NCBI GenBank assembly: GCA_031458695.1
Contig: JAVKJW010000001.1
Coordinates: forward strand, 128,001-192,000
DNA length: 64,000 nucleotides
Direction: 5' to 3'
DNA from: Candidatus Thermofontivivens primus
GTDB taxonomy: Bacteria; Sysuimicrobiota; Sysuimicrobiia; Sysuimicrobiales; Thermofontiviventaceae
Shown here: piece after piece, positions 10,274-21,200 of the stretch
Position numbering within the stretch: the stretch's first letter is position 1
Layout: each line of letters opens with the position of its first letter
The notes under the pieces: generated by a model
Told to the model about the DNA's origin: nothing
Databases searched by the model: none
Seen by the model: the letters and a program-made list of their open reading frames with translations, nothing else
Translations under genes and position numbers: made by a program

Positions 10274-11236
10274 ATGTCCATCCATCTCGTCCGGGAACGC
10301 CCCCAGAAGGCCACGCGGGATGCCTACGGGGAAGCCCTTGTGGAGATTGGTCGGGAACGCTCTGAGGTCGTTGTCCTCACCGGCGACTTGCGGGACTCCA
10401 CCCGCACGGAATACTTCGCCAAAGCCTTCCCCGAGCGCTTCTTTGAGGTAGGGATTGCCGAGCAGAACATGGCAGGGATCGCTGCAGGCTTGGCGACGTG
10501 CGGCTACATCCCCTTCATCAGCTCGTTTGCGGTCTTTTCACCGGGCCGGAACTTCGACCAAATCCGCGTCCTCATCGCCCAGCCTTCCCTCCCTGTAAAG
10601 ATCGTTTCCACCCATGCCGGGATCACCGTCGGGGAGGATGGAATCTCCGCCCAGGCCATTGAAGACATCGCTATGATGCGAGCCCTTCCCAACATGGGCG
10701 TCGTCGTCCCCGCCGACGCCGCGGAAACAAGGCAGGTCATCCGGGCCATTGTCGATGTGCCGGGACCGGTCTACGTTCGTCTCGGGAGAGCCGCCGTCCC
10801 TGTGCTTTTTGAGGAGGACTACCTCTTCCAGTACGGCAAGGCGGCCAAAGTCCGGGAGGGCTCCGATGCCACCATCATCGCCTGCGGCGTCATGGTGGCG
10901 GAGGCCCTAGAGGCCGCGGAGGAGCTGGCAAGTGAGGGGATCGAGGTACGCGTCTTGAACATGGCCACAATCAAGCCTCTGGATGTGGCGGCGGTGGTCG
11001 CGGCTGCCATCGAAACAGGGGCGATCGTCACTGCTGAGGAGCACAACATCCTCGGAGGTCTTGGAAGCGCAGTGGCCGAGACGTTGGGTGAACATACCCC
11101 TGTCCCGATGAAGAGAGTCGGCATCGCCGATGTCAACGCCGAATCCGGGTCACCCAGGGACCTGATGGAGAAATACGGGTTGACTGCCCGTCACATCCGC
11201 GGGGCGGTCAAGGAAGTTCTGAAGCGAAAGAGGTAG
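10274..11236 (+). CDS. Transketolase, C-terminal subunit
   Basis: ATRDAYG, GIAEQNM, GITVGEDG, EEHNILGGLG. Confidence 0.92.
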   Translation: MSIHLVRERPQKATRDAYGEALVEIGRERSEVVVLTGDLRDSTRTEYFAKAFPERFFEVGIAEQNMAGIAAGLATCGYIPFISSFAVFSPGRNFDQIRVLIAQPSLPVKIVSTHAGITVGEDGISAQAIEDIAMMRALPNMGVVVPADAAETRQVIRAIVDVPGPVYVRLGRAAVPVLFEEDYLFQYGKAAKVREGSDATIIACGVMVAEALEAAEELASEGIEVRVLNMATIKPLDVAAVVAAAIETGAIVTAEEHNILGGLGSAVAETLGEHTPVPMKRVGIADVNAESGSPRDLMEKYGLTARHIRGAVKEVLKRKR

Positions 11237-11261
11237 CACGTCCAAGGGCTTAGGGATCTAT

Positions 11262-11299
11262 GGCCCCCGGTAAAAGCCAAAAGACTTTTGCCGGGATAC
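11262..11299. repeat. Hairpin-B copy of the REP-like element between convergent genes
   Basis: GGCCCCCGGTAAAAGCCAAAAGACTTTTGCCGGGATAC matches the 4178-4215 segment. Confidence 0.75.
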
Positions 11300-11311
11300 G
11301 TAGCCGGGTGT

Positions 11312-11767
11312 TTACTCCTCGACGACACGGGTTACCACTGCTCCCCGCTCCTCGAAGCTATCCAACGCCTGCTGCAGGGCGATCCAGGCGAGGGTGGCAC
11401 ACTTGATGCGTACTGGGAACTTGCGCACGCCTTGGAGCGCCACGAGATCACCGAGGTCAATCTCGGGTTCCTTCCCGTGCATCATCCCCTTAAAGGCATC
11501 GATGAGGGCCCGAACCTGCGAGAGGTCCTTCCCCTTGATGATCTCCGTCATCATCGATGTCGAGGCTTGACTGATGGAGCACCCCCGCCCCTCAAATCGC
11601 ACATCTACGATACGTCCCCCCTCCACCAGGAGGTAGAGGCTGATCTCGTCGCCGCAGAGAGGATTCGCACCCTCCACCGTGATGGTGGAGTTGTTGAGCT
11701 TTCCCTTGTTGCGGGGGTGCGCGTAGTGGTCGAGGATGGTTTCCTTGTAGAGCTCATCGAGGGACAC
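11312..11767 (-). CDS. sufU: SUF system NifU-like Fe-S scaffold / sulfur-transfer protein
   Basis: NPLCGD, GCSISQAS, RIKCATLAW. Confidence 0.93.
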   Translation of the reverse strand: MSLDELYKETILDHYAHPRNKGKLNNSTITVEGANPLCGDEISLYLLVEGGRIVDVRFEGRGCSISQASTSMMTEIIKGKDLSQVRALIDAFKGMMHGKEPEIDLGDLVALQGVRKFPVRIKCATLAWIALQQALDSFEERGAVVTRVVEE

Positions 11768-12995
11768 GGCTGAATAGCTCCCTCACCCGCTGGAGTCCGG
11801 CGACCAGCTGATCGATATCCTCTTCGGTATTGTAGAGGTAGAAGCTCGCCCGGGCCGTGGCCGCCACCCCCAACCGCCGGTGGAGAGGCTGGGTACAGTG
11901 ATGACCGGCGCGGATACAGATCCCTTCCTGATCGAGGACCTGGGCGACGTCATGGGGATGCACATCCGCGACGTTGAAGGCGAGAGCACTTCCCCTTCGC
12001 TCCACATCCCGCGGCCCGTACACCTTCACCTCCGCCATCTCCTGGAGGCGATTCAACGCGTACTGGACCAGTTCCTTCTCGTGGGTTCGGATGGCCTCCA
12101 TTCCCACTTCACAAAGGTAGTCAATGGCAACTCCCCAGGCAATCGCGTCGGCGATGTTGGGCGTGCCTGCTTCAAACTTCCATGGAGGGTCCTTGTAGGT
12201 CGAAGTGTGGAGCTGGACCAGCTGGATCATCTCCCCCCCACCGTGGAACGGAGGCATAGCTTCTAGGAGCTCGTACCTCCCGTAGAGGGCGCCGATCCCT
12301 GTGGGCCCACACATCTTGTGTCCTGAGAACGCAAGGAAGTCGCACCCTAGCTTCTGCACGTCCACGGGCATGTGGGGGACGCTCTGGGCGCCATCGACAA
12401 CGACGATCGCGCCAACATCATGCGCCCTCTTGACGATTTCGTCCACAGGGTTGATCGTTCCAAGAACGTTGGACTGGTGGGAAACCGCCACGACTTTGGT
12501 TCGCTCTGTGAGCACGCGCTCAAGGTCATCGAGGACGAGGTACCCTTCCTCATCAAAAGAAAGGAACCGAAGGGATGCCCCTTTCAGGGAAGCGACAATC
12601 TGCCAGGGGACGAGGTTGCTGTGATGCTCCATCTCCGTGAGGAGGATCTCATCCCCCTCCCGGAGGTAATGCAGCCCCCAGGCGTAGGCGACCAAGTTGA
12701 TCGCTTCGGTCGTGCTCCGTGTGAAAATGACTTCTTCGGGACGGCGCGCATGGATAAATGTGGCGACCTTCCTCCGTGCTTCCTCGTACTTCGCAGTAGC
12801 TTCCTCCGCAAGGGTGTAGATCCCACGATGAACGTTGGCGTTGTACTCTTCGTAGTAGCGCACAAGAGCTTCGATGACCTGGCGGGGCTTCTGGGAGGTT
12901 GCTGCGCTATCTAAGTAGACGAGGGGCTTCCCATGTACCCGCCGGCGAAAGATGGGAAAGTCCTCGCGCACCGTTCGTGGAATAGCCATCCGCAC
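11754..12995 (-). CDS. sufS: Cysteine desulfurase, SufS type
   Basis: YLDSAATSQKP, FSGHKM, RAGHHC. Confidence 0.95.
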   Translation of the reverse strand: MRMAIPRTVREDFPIFRRRVHGKPLVYLDSAATSQKPRQVIEALVRYYEEYNANVHRGIYTLAEEATAKYEEARRKVATFIHARRPEEVIFTRSTTEAINLVAYAWGLHYLREGDEILLTEMEHHSNLVPWQIVASLKGASLRFLSFDEEGYLVLDDLERVLTERTKVVAVSHQSNVLGTINPVDEIVKRAHDVGAIVVVDGAQSVPHMPVDVQKLGCDFLAFSGHKMCGPTGIGALYGRYELLEAMPPFHGGGEMIQLVQLHTSTYKDPPWKFEAGTPNIADAIAWGVAIDYLCEVGMEAIRTHEKELVQYALNRLQEMAEVKVYGPRDVERRGSALAFNVADVHPHDVAQVLDQEGICIRAGHHCTQPLHRRLGVAATARASFYLYNTEEDIDQLVAGLQRVRELFSRVPR

Positions 12996-13039
12996 TCACC
13001 CCGATCTCCTGACAATCGCCTCTCTGCCGTGAATCTGCC

Positions 13040-13384
13040 TCAAGGGCGATGCGGCTTCGCCCCGCTAAGCTGGGGTGCGGGCGCTACGTAAACCGCTCCT
13101 CCTTCTACCTTGACAGGGTAGATCGCCACGGAGCGGACCGCCGGGAGGGAGAGTACCCTCCCCGTGGGCACATGGAACCGAGCCCCATGCCGGGGACAGG
13201 CAACGATCTCACCGTAGACCGTGCCCTCAGAGAGGGAGGCTTGCTCGTGTGTGCAGGTGTCGTCGATGGCGTAGACCTGGCCCCCAATGTTGAAGAGGGC
13301 GATGGTATGCCCACTTACCTCTACTCGCTTGGCCGTCCCTGGGGGAATCTCCGCAATCTCGGCTACTTTGATGAACTCTCCCAT
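13040..13384 (-). CDS. Rieske-type [2Fe-2S] ferredoxin
   Basis: CTH...CPRH Rieske motifs; within the suf operon. Confidence 0.9.
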   Translation of the reverse strand: MGEFIKVAEIAEIPPGTAKRVEVSGHTIALFNIGGQVYAIDDTCTHEQASLSEGTVYGEIVACPRHGARFHVPTGRVLSLPAVRSVAIYPVKVEGGAVYVAPAPQLSGAKPHRP

Positions 13385-13387
13385 CTC

Positions 13388-14755
13388 TTACGTGCCCCTG
13401 CCCTGCATCTTCTTCGTGATCTCCTCCCGCAGTCCTTCTCGGAGTCCCTCCAGGGGGAGGCGATCCAAAACCTCGCTGAAGAAGCCATCCACAATCATGT
13501 GGACCGCCTGGATCCTTGTCAGCCCCCGGCTCATCAGGTAGAAGATGTATTCCTCATCGATGCGGCTGACCGACGCCCCATGCGTACAGCGGAGATCGTT
13601 GGCCATGATCTCCAGCTTCGGCATGCTGTCGGCTCTCGCCCCATCGGAGAGGATAAGGTTCCGGTTGGACTGGAAGGCGTTGGTTTTCTGGGCTCCGTAA
13701 TGGGCGCGGATCAACCCCGCGAACACGGAGTAGGCTCGGTCGGCGAGCGCCCCTTTGTACAGGAGGTCGCTAGTAGTGTGAGGGGACTGGTGCTCTTGGA
13801 GGGTATGGAAGTCAAAGTGCTGGCGGCCGGTTCCAAAGAAGACCCCCAGCATCTCCGAGGTTGCTCCCTGTCCCTGCAGGATCGACTCTACGTTGACCTT
13901 CACCACATTCCCGCCGAAGGAGGCCACGAGCGTGTGGAGGGTAGCATCCCTCCCCAGGATACCCCTGATGGTGCTTACCTCCCAAGTGTTCAGCGCCCAG
14001 TTCCCCAAGGAGATGTAGCGCACATGCGCCCCATCCCCAAGGATCAACTCGACGGCTCCGGCGGAAAACGCCTGGGCCTCCCCACCGGAGGAGCGATGAT
14101 CTTCGATGAGAGTGACCTTGCTTTGGGACTCTGCAACCACCAGGGTGTGAGGGAAGATCGCTACCCCTTCTCCTTCGATCCACACCGAGGAGATCAGCGG
14201 AAGCGCGATCTCCACGCCCCTGGGCACGTAGAGGAAGGTCCCCCCTGCCAGAAATGCGGCGTGGAGGGCCCTGAACTTGTCCTCGTCAGGACGGATGCAA
14301 CGCACCATCAGGTACTCCTGGAGAAGGTCGGGAACTTCACGGATTGCTGAGCGGAGGTCCATGAACAGGACTCCTTGCGCCTTCAGGGCCTCGCTCTGAT
14401 CCTGGAGGAGGACGCCAGAGCTCCCCTGGACGAGGAGCCCTGCCCACTCCTCCTTCCGGTCCCCCTCAGGGGCTCCCGTAAGGGACTTAAGGAAGGCGAT
14501 AAGTCGCCTAAGCTCATCCTCGAGGATCATGCCCTGCCCGTAGGGAGTAAGGGAGTCCAAAGCGAGACCGCTCAGATCTGTCCTCCGCCACTCCTCCAGG
14601 TGAGGACCCGGCATCGGGAGCTGCTGATATAGGTCGAAAGCCTCAAGCCGACGCTTTTGTAACCACTCTGGCTCCCTCAACTGTTTGGAGAGAGCCAAAA
14701 GGGTCTCTCGAGTAAGTTGTGCGGCAACCAGCTGCGTTCTCGAATCGCCTACCAC
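13388..14755 (-). CDS. sufD: Fe-S cluster assembly protein SufD
   Basis: EEWRRTD, PKLEIMANDLRCTHGASV, FYLMSRG. Confidence 0.92.
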   Translation of the reverse strand: MVGDSRTQLVAAQLTRETLLALSKQLREPEWLQKRRLEAFDLYQQLPMPGPHLEEWRRTDLSGLALDSLTPYGQGMILEDELRRLIAFLKSLTGAPEGDRKEEWAGLLVQGSSGVLLQDQSEALKAQGVLFMDLRSAIREVPDLLQEYLMVRCIRPDEDKFRALHAAFLAGGTFLYVPRGVEIALPLISSVWIEGEGVAIFPHTLVVAESQSKVTLIEDHRSSGGEAQAFSAGAVELILGDGAHVRYISLGNWALNTWEVSTIRGILGRDATLHTLVASFGGNVVKVNVESILQGQGATSEMLGVFFGTGRQHFDFHTLQEHQSPHTTSDLLYKGALADRAYSVFAGLIRAHYGAQKTNAFQSNRNLILSDGARADSMPKLEIMANDLRCTHGASVSRIDEEYIFYLMSRGLTRIQAVHMIVDGFFSEVLDRLPLEGLREGLREEITKKMQGRGT

Positions 14756-14838
14756 GGAGGTACCTCCTCAAGAAATCGATGCGCTCGTCCAGCAGAACCT
14801 TTCCTCACAACGGCACGGCGCCTCTTCAGCGCGATGGG

Positions 14839-16242
14839 TCATCCAACGGACCCTTCCATCTCCAACTCGATGAGGCGGTTCAGCTCCACCGCGTACTCCA
14901 GGGGAAGCTCCTTGGCCACTGGCTCGATGAACCCGCGGACAATCATGTTCATGGCCTCGTTCTCTTTGATCCCACGGGCCATGAGGTAGAAGAGCTGCTC
15001 ATCGGAGACCTTGCTCACCGTCGCCTCATGGGTCACGGCCACTTCGTCCTCCTCGATCTCCATGTACGGGTAGGTATCCGAGCGGGAGTGCTCGTCGAGG
15101 ATGAGCGCATCACAGCGCACGGCGCACTTGCTCCCCTTTGCCCCAGGGTAAACCTTCACCAGCCCTCGGTAACCCGCACGCCCGCCATCCTTGGCGATAG
15201 ACTTGCTCACAATCACAGATTGGGTGTAAGGAGCGGCGTGCACGACCTTTCCTCCGGGATCCTGGTGCTGGCCCTTCCCGGCGAACGCGATGGAGAGGAT
15301 CTCGGCTTTGGCCCCGGGTTCGAGCATGAAGACACTCGGATACTTCATTGTCACCTTGGAGCCCAGATTCCCGTCAATCCATTCCATGGTGGCGTCGCGA
15401 TAGGCGACAGCACGCTTAGTAACAAGGTTATACACGTTCTTGGACCAGTTCTGGATGGTGGTGTAGCGGCAGCGGGCCCCCTCCTTCACAATGATCTCCA
15501 CCACCGCGCTGTGCAGGGAAGCGGTGGTGTAGATGGGCGCTGTACACCCTTCTACGTAATGCACAGAGCTCCCTGGTTCGCAGATGATGAGCGTCCGCTC
15601 GAACTGCCCCATGTTCTCAGCGTTGATACGGAAATAGGCCTGGAGTGGGATATCCACGTGGACCCCTTCTGGGACGTAGATGAAGCTTCCGCCGGACCAC
15701 ACCGCGGAGTTCAGAGCGGCGAACTTGTTGTCCTCAGGAGGAACCACAGTTCCGAAGTATTCCCGCACGAGGTCTGGGTACTCGCGGACGGCGGTGTCTG
15801 TGTCCACGAAGATGACGCCTTTCTTCTCCCACTCCTCCTTGAGGTTGTGATACACCACTTCGGACTCGTACTGAGCGCCCACTCCTGCGAGGAACTTGCG
15901 CTCTGCCTCAGGGATCCCCAGGCGATCAAAGGTCTGCTTGATGTAGTCGGGAACTTCCTCCCAACTCCGCCCCTGGCGTTCCGTAGGTTTTACATAGTAA
16001 TAGATGTCATTGAAGTCGAGCTCGCTGAGATCCGCCCCCCAATTCGGCATGGGCTTCTTCAGGAAGACCTCTAGGCTATGGAGGCGGAACGCCCGCATCC
16101 AATCGGGCTCCTCCTTCATGTAGGAGATCATCTCCACAACCTCACGGTCCAACCCCTTGCGGGATTTGAACACGTATCGCTCCGGATCCCTGAACCCCCA
16201 CTTGTACTGGTCCAGCTCGATGCCTAGCGGGTTCGTCGCCAT
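14839..16242 (-). CDS. sufB: Fe-S cluster assembly protein SufB
   Basis: [32 protein letters not shown]-terminus. Confidence 0.96.
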   Translation of the reverse strand: MATNPLGIELDQYKWGFRDPERYVFKSRKGLDREVVEMISYMKEEPDWMRAFRLHSLEVFLKKPMPNWGADLSELDFNDIYYYVKPTERQGRSWEEVPDYIKQTFDRLGIPEAERKFLAGVGAQYESEVVYHNLKEEWEKKGVIFVDTDTAVREYPDLVREYFGTVVPPEDNKFAALNSAVWSGGSFIYVPEGVHVDIPLQAYFRINAENMGQFERTLIICEPGSSVHYVEGCTAPIYTTASLHSAVVEIIVKEGARCRYTTIQNWSKNVYNLVTKRAVAYRDATMEWIDGNLGSKVTMKYPSVFMLEPGAKAEILSIAFAGKGQHQDPGGKVVHAAPYTQSVIVSKSIAKDGGRAGYRGLVKVYPGAKGSKCAVRCDALILDEHSRSDTYPYMEIEEDEVAVTHEATVSKVSDEQLFYLMARGIKENEAMNMIVRGFIEPVAKELPLEYAVELNRLIELEMEGSVG

Positions 16243-16255
16243 GTTGTTCCCCTCC

Positions 16256-17089
16256 TTAGTGTTGCACCCAGAACACTTTCCCCGCGCGCCGCACAGCTCC
16301 CGTCTCCTGGATCTCAGCGGTTACCACTGCGTACTGCTCTCGGATCCAGTCGTACCCTCGTGCATCGAGCTCCTCGGCGAGGTCAGGCCCACCGGAGACG
16401 ACAAGGCGTCCGTCGAACATGACGTGCACGGTGTGCGGCCGGATATACTTCAGGATACGCGAGTAGTGGGTAATGAGCAGGATCCCCAGGTTCCCCTGCG
16501 ACCGCTCGTACAGCGCCTGGATCCCTTCAGCCACCACTTTGACCCCGTCGATATCGAGACCCGAGTCTGTCTCGTCCAGGATCGCCACCTCGGGCTCCAG
16601 CATGGCGAGCTGGAGGATCTCCGCCCGCTTCTTTTCCCCGCCACTGAACCCATCGTTTACGTAGCGCGTCAGGATGGAGGGGTCGAGCTGGAGGAGCCCG
16701 AGCTTCTCCCGGACGAGCTTTTGGAACTCGGAGATGGGCATCAGCTCCTTCTCATACCCGCGGCGAGCGCTGACCGCTGTCCGGAGGAAGCTGGCAAAGG
16801 AAACTCCTGGGATGGAGACAGGATACTGGAAGGCGATGAACAGCCCCTTCCTGGCGCGCTCGTCGGGAGACATCGAGAGAAGGTCCTCTCCTTTGAACAG
16901 CACTTCCCCCTTGATCACCTGGTAGAAGGGGTTCCCCATAAGGACGTTGGCCAGGGTAGATTTCCCGGAGCCATTCGGCCCCATGAGGGCATGGATCTCC
17001 CCTTTCTTGAGCTCCAGGTTGACGCCCTTGAGGATGACCTTCTCCTCGACGGCAACGTGTAGGTCGCGGACAATGAGATCAGCAGTCAT
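16256..17089 (-). CDS. sufC: Fe-S cluster assembly ATPase SufC
   Basis: [31 protein letters not shown] at 17089 after GGAGG. Confidence 0.95.
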   Translation of the reverse strand: MTADLIVRDLHVAVEEKVILKGVNLELKKGEIHALMGPNGSGKSTLANVLMGNPFYQVIKGEVLFKGEDLLSMSPDERARKGLFIAFQYPVSIPGVSFASFLRTAVSARRGYEKELMPISEFQKLVREKLGLLQLDPSILTRYVNDGFSGGEKKRAEILQLAMLEPEVAILDETDSGLDIDGVKVVAEGIQALYERSQGNLGILLITHYSRILKYIRPHTVHVMFDGRLVVSGGPDLAEELDARGYDWIREQYAVVTAEIQETGAVRRAGKVFWVQH

Positions 17090-17139
17090 AGCGCCCTCCG
17101 CAAAATTCTGTAGTGAATTGCTCAAGAAATCTCAAGTTG

Positions 17140-17168
17140 ATTGTAAAGTCATTCCTAGGAAAAGTCAA
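17140..17168 (-). promoter_or_regulatory. sigma70-type promoter of the suf operon
   Basis: TTGACT-17-TACAAT. Confidence 0.75.
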
Positions 17169-17195
17169 GGCAAGGGGAACTTCCTAGGGAGGAGG

Positions 17196-18233
17196 TCATT
17201 CGCGGACGGGAGTGAACCCCCGGATGGCACCAAGGAGCTGCTCTCGCTCTTCCGGTGGGAGGAAGGCTGCCTGCGCAGCCGTCTCCAAGAGGGAAAGGAT
17301 CTCCTCGCGGGTTAACCCAAAGGCCTTGCGGGCAAACTGGAGCTCGCGTGTGAGATCGATCCCAAGCAGGAGCGGATCGTCGCTATTGATGGTGATGGGA
17401 ACTCCGGCTTCTAGGAAGCGCCGCAGGGGGTACGCTTCCTGGCTCACCAGCCCAAGACGCAGGTTGCTGGTGGGACAAAGTTCCAAGGTGATGCGCTGCT
17501 CTCGAAGGACCTCCACAAGGGAAGGGTCCTCTGCCGCGCGAAGGCCGTGGCCGATGCGGGTTGCTCCCAGGTGGTAGATCGCTGTCCAGATGCTCGCCGG
17601 CCCTGCAAATTCGCCGGCGTGCACAGTTACGCCGAGCCCCCCCTCTCTCGCGATGCTGGAGGCTCTGGAAAAGAGGGCAGGTGGGTAATTCGCCTCATCT
17701 CCAGCAAGGTCGAACCCGACAACCCCGTACTCCTGCAGTGATACAGCTTCCTCTGCAAGCCTCGTCGCTTCCTCCGGCCCGCGTTCGCGGACGGCCGTAA
17801 GGATAATCCCACATCGGACACCCAACATCTCTTTGGCTTTACGGCAGGCGGCATAGATGGACTCTACGACACCACGCACCCCCAGCAGGCTGAACGCCCG
17901 ACGCCCTCCCACACGGAGCTCCAGGTAACGGACGTTCTGCCTGTGCGCTTCTTCAAGAAGCTCCCAAGCAACCTGTTGAAGGTTTTCGGGAGTGTACAGG
18001 GAATCTGGGATAACCCCTGCACGGCCCAAGTAGCGAACCCTCCGGAGGCGGTCATACCCCGTGAACTTCATGGGGTCGGCGACGAGGTGAGGAGCAACGA
18101 CAGGTGGGTCTCCTCTCGCGTTCTGCCTTTCCAAAAGCCGGCGGAGGCGTAACGAGGTCTCCAGATGTACATGCAACTCGACCTTCGGGATCCGCGAGAT
18201 GAACGCATGATCGGGGTGAGGTTCGCTGGACAT
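17196..18233 (-). CDS. Adenosine deaminase family protein
   Basis: PKVELHVH, DLAGDE, HAGE, RIGHG, CPTSN, NSDDP; extended -10 TGaTATAAT at 18266-18274. Confidence 0.88.
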   Translation of the reverse strand: MSSEPHPDHAFISRIPKVELHVHLETSLRLRRLLERQNARGDPPVVAPHLVADPMKFTGYDRLRRVRYLGRAGVIPDSLYTPENLQQVAWELLEEAHRQNVRYLELRVGGRRAFSLLGVRGVVESIYAACRKAKEMLGVRCGIILTAVRERGPEEATRLAEEAVSLQEYGVVGFDLAGDEANYPPALFSRASSIAREGGLGVTVHAGEFAGPASIWTAIYHLGATRIGHGLRAAEDPSLVEVLREQRITLELCPTSNLRLGLVSQEAYPLRRFLEAGVPITINSDDPLLLGIDLTRELQFARKAFGLTREEILSLLETAAQAAFLPPEEREQLLGAIRGFTPVRE

Positions 18234-18294
18234 CCCTGCCCCCTTTCTCACGGTTTTTTGCTGTCATTATATCACAACGCAAGGGAGGGAGGAT

Positions 18295-21200
18295 CTACCC
18301 GGAAGCGGGCCGGACATACCGATCTCCATCGCAATAGAACCCAACCTCCCTCAAGGCCTCAGCAATGGGGCTTTCGGTAACAGGACTTCCCGCCCACGTC
18401 TCGATCTCGATGCGGGAAGGGCCGCGAGGCCTGTGGAGCAAGCTCGTCAGGCCCTCCGCGACCCGGAGAAGGGTCCTGCGGTCAAGCCCCGCAAGAGGTA
18501 AAATCTTCCTCCCCAAAGCTTCTACGGCAAGCACAGGCCTGCCACCGACGAGGATCAGGTAGTTCGACGCGAGACGGGGAAGACGGTGAAAACCCCCTGG
18601 CAGAGGGAACCCCCAGACCCCATAAGGATTCGCTGGATCGCATGCATGCATCAGGAAAATCTCGTCCTCCTCTTGCCGAGACTCCCGAAGCATTTCCACG
18701 GCTTCAGGAAGCGCGTACTGAACCCCGGAGAGACCCTGCACGAAGTAACCGCGGCGCGCCTCGCCGCGGAGTTCCATACGGTGGAGCGCCCGGCGGATCT
18801 CCTGCCAAGCGACCAAGCCTTCCTCCCGACGATGCCACTCCCGAACAACAACCCCGTATCTGTTGAGGAGCTGGCGGGCATGAAGGGAAGCAAGTTCGTC
18901 CGGAGGCCGCACAGGACCGAGCAGGCCAGGCCTGTGGATGAGGGACCACCGTCCTGACCGGCGCACCACCCTCCGCCGCACCGTACGACGCGTTTCCCTT
19001 TGGCGCCGGAACGATGCAATGGGCCAGCGTGCAGGGTCCTCGGGAGAGAACGGACGGGGTGTGGTGAACTTTCCAAGCTCCTCTGTAACCTCTAAGCTAT
19101 CGTTGGTTACAAGCCCAAGGCTGGCCAGTTCCACGAGGGCAGCGAGGAGGGCCTCGCTGGAAAGTCCGGTCCCCTCCTCGAGGTCGGTGAAGAAAGAGGC
19201 ACCGTGTGCCAAAAGATGATCCCGGACTGCCCGGGCCTCCCGGGATAAGGCTTCCTCTCCCACAGAAGGATCTGAGAGAAAGATCCCTCCCTCCCCGCGG
19301 AAGAGGAAGGCGATCGTATCCACACCCCCTCTCCCCACCCAAGCGACCTCCCCGGTCCGCGTGAGTTCTAGAACCCACCGCTCATCGAACCCCTCCACCC
19401 TCGCCGGGAGCACATCGCGCAACCAGACAACGAGGGGCAGGGAAATACCCTGCAACTGGTGGAGGACCCTCCGCACCCCCTCCTGTCCAGAAAGCCTATG
19501 AGAGGGGTGGAGGTGTTGCCAGCGCATGAGGAAACGGGCGTAGACCTCGGGAGGACACGGCTCGACCTCACGCCTGAGGATGGCGAGGGTTCGCCGGTAG
19601 ATCCGGGCAAGCACCTCGCGGTCACACCACTGGATTCCGGTTCTCCTGGACAGGAAGGAACCCCGGGCTACCTCCCCTTGGTTCTCAAGCAACTCCAGCA
19701 GGGCTTGGGCTTCTTCCTCGGGAATCCCATAGCGCCTGGCGATCTCCCTCGTCTCCACCGGGCCCCTCGCCTTCAAGAACCGCCGCAGGAGTTGGATCTT
19801 CGCCTCTTTGTCATTGCTGATGAACGCCTGTTCATAGAGCCGCTCGTCCTCCATGGCGATCCAGCGCGATGCACCTTCTTCCGGCAGCCGGAACACCTTC
19901 ACCAGCCCGCGGGTGGCAAGATCACGGATCCAAGCAAGCGCATCTCCCACAGCCCTTGCAGCTATCTCCTCCTCGTCGAGGTCACCTAGCTCACGAAGGA
20001 TTTGGAACAGCTCATCTGGTGAGCGTGCCTTCCATCCCCTGGCCATGTGCTGGAGACGATTTGTAACTTCTTCGACCGCCTCCTGCCTCAGGAGCCCCTG
20101 GACTTGCTTCCTCCCAAGGACCTCTTCGAGGATCTCTCTGCTCACCGCGAGCATCTGGGCCTGGCGTTCTGCTCTTGGGACGTCTCCCTGGTAGAGGTAG
20201 ACGGCTGCGAAGGGAAGCCAGAGGCTTCGTGCAAACGGGGAGGGTGTGTTTCTCTCCACAGCTACTACCTCAATCTTCCCTCGCACGATATCCCTCACGA
20301 CCTGCAGAAGCCCTTCCATGTCCAAGACGTCGCAGAGTGCCTCCCGGTAAGCCTCCAGGAGGATAGGGAAACGCTCAAACTTGCGGGCCAACGCAAGCAG
20401 GTCGCCGGCCCGCAGCCGCACTAGCCAGAGGGGGACCCGTCGCCTGGGGGAGCGCTTTGGAAGGAGCAATGCGCGCTCGGCGCAATGCCGGAAAAGGGCA
20501 GCGAAGAGCGGTGAGTCCACAAGCCCCTTGCGGACGTCCTCCACCACCTCCTCTTCGGAAAGCCGGGTAAAGAGGTCGAGGGAAGGGGGTACATCCGAGC
20601 CAGGCAATCGGAACAGAATTGCTTCGTCGGTGAAGATGCTCTGGACCTCGATCCCGACGGCCTCCTGAATCCTACGCGCCAGCACCATCTCAAGAAGGAC
20701 GTTCACCCGCGCGCCGAAGGGCGTGTGGGCGACGAGGCGCCAGTCTCCCAGCTCATCCTTGAAAAGTTCCAGGACGACGGTGCGGTCTGTGGGAATCGCT
20801 CCCGTCGCCTCGCGCTGCTCTCGGAAATAAGAGACCAAGGCGGCTGCTCCACGCTCGTCCAGGAGGTATTCTTCTCGGAGCCACGCCTCGCACGTGGGGT
20901 CGTCAAGGCGCGCAGAGAGTGCTCGCCGGAAAGCCCCGACTTTCAAGGAGAGCTCGAAGGGACGGGTGTAGGTCTCCCCATGCCAAAAGGGCATCCTTGG
21001 AAGGGCCCCAGGAGCAGGGGAGGCGATCACCCTGTCTGCGCGGATTTCCTCGATGCGCCAGATCTGGGATCCAAGAAGGAAGGCATCCCCGATGCGGCTC
21101 TCGAACACGAACTCCTCCTCCAGCTCCCCAATACGCGTGCCATCGAAGAGCTCCACCGGGTAGTAGCCTCTCTCTGGGATGACGCCGGCGTTGAGGATGG

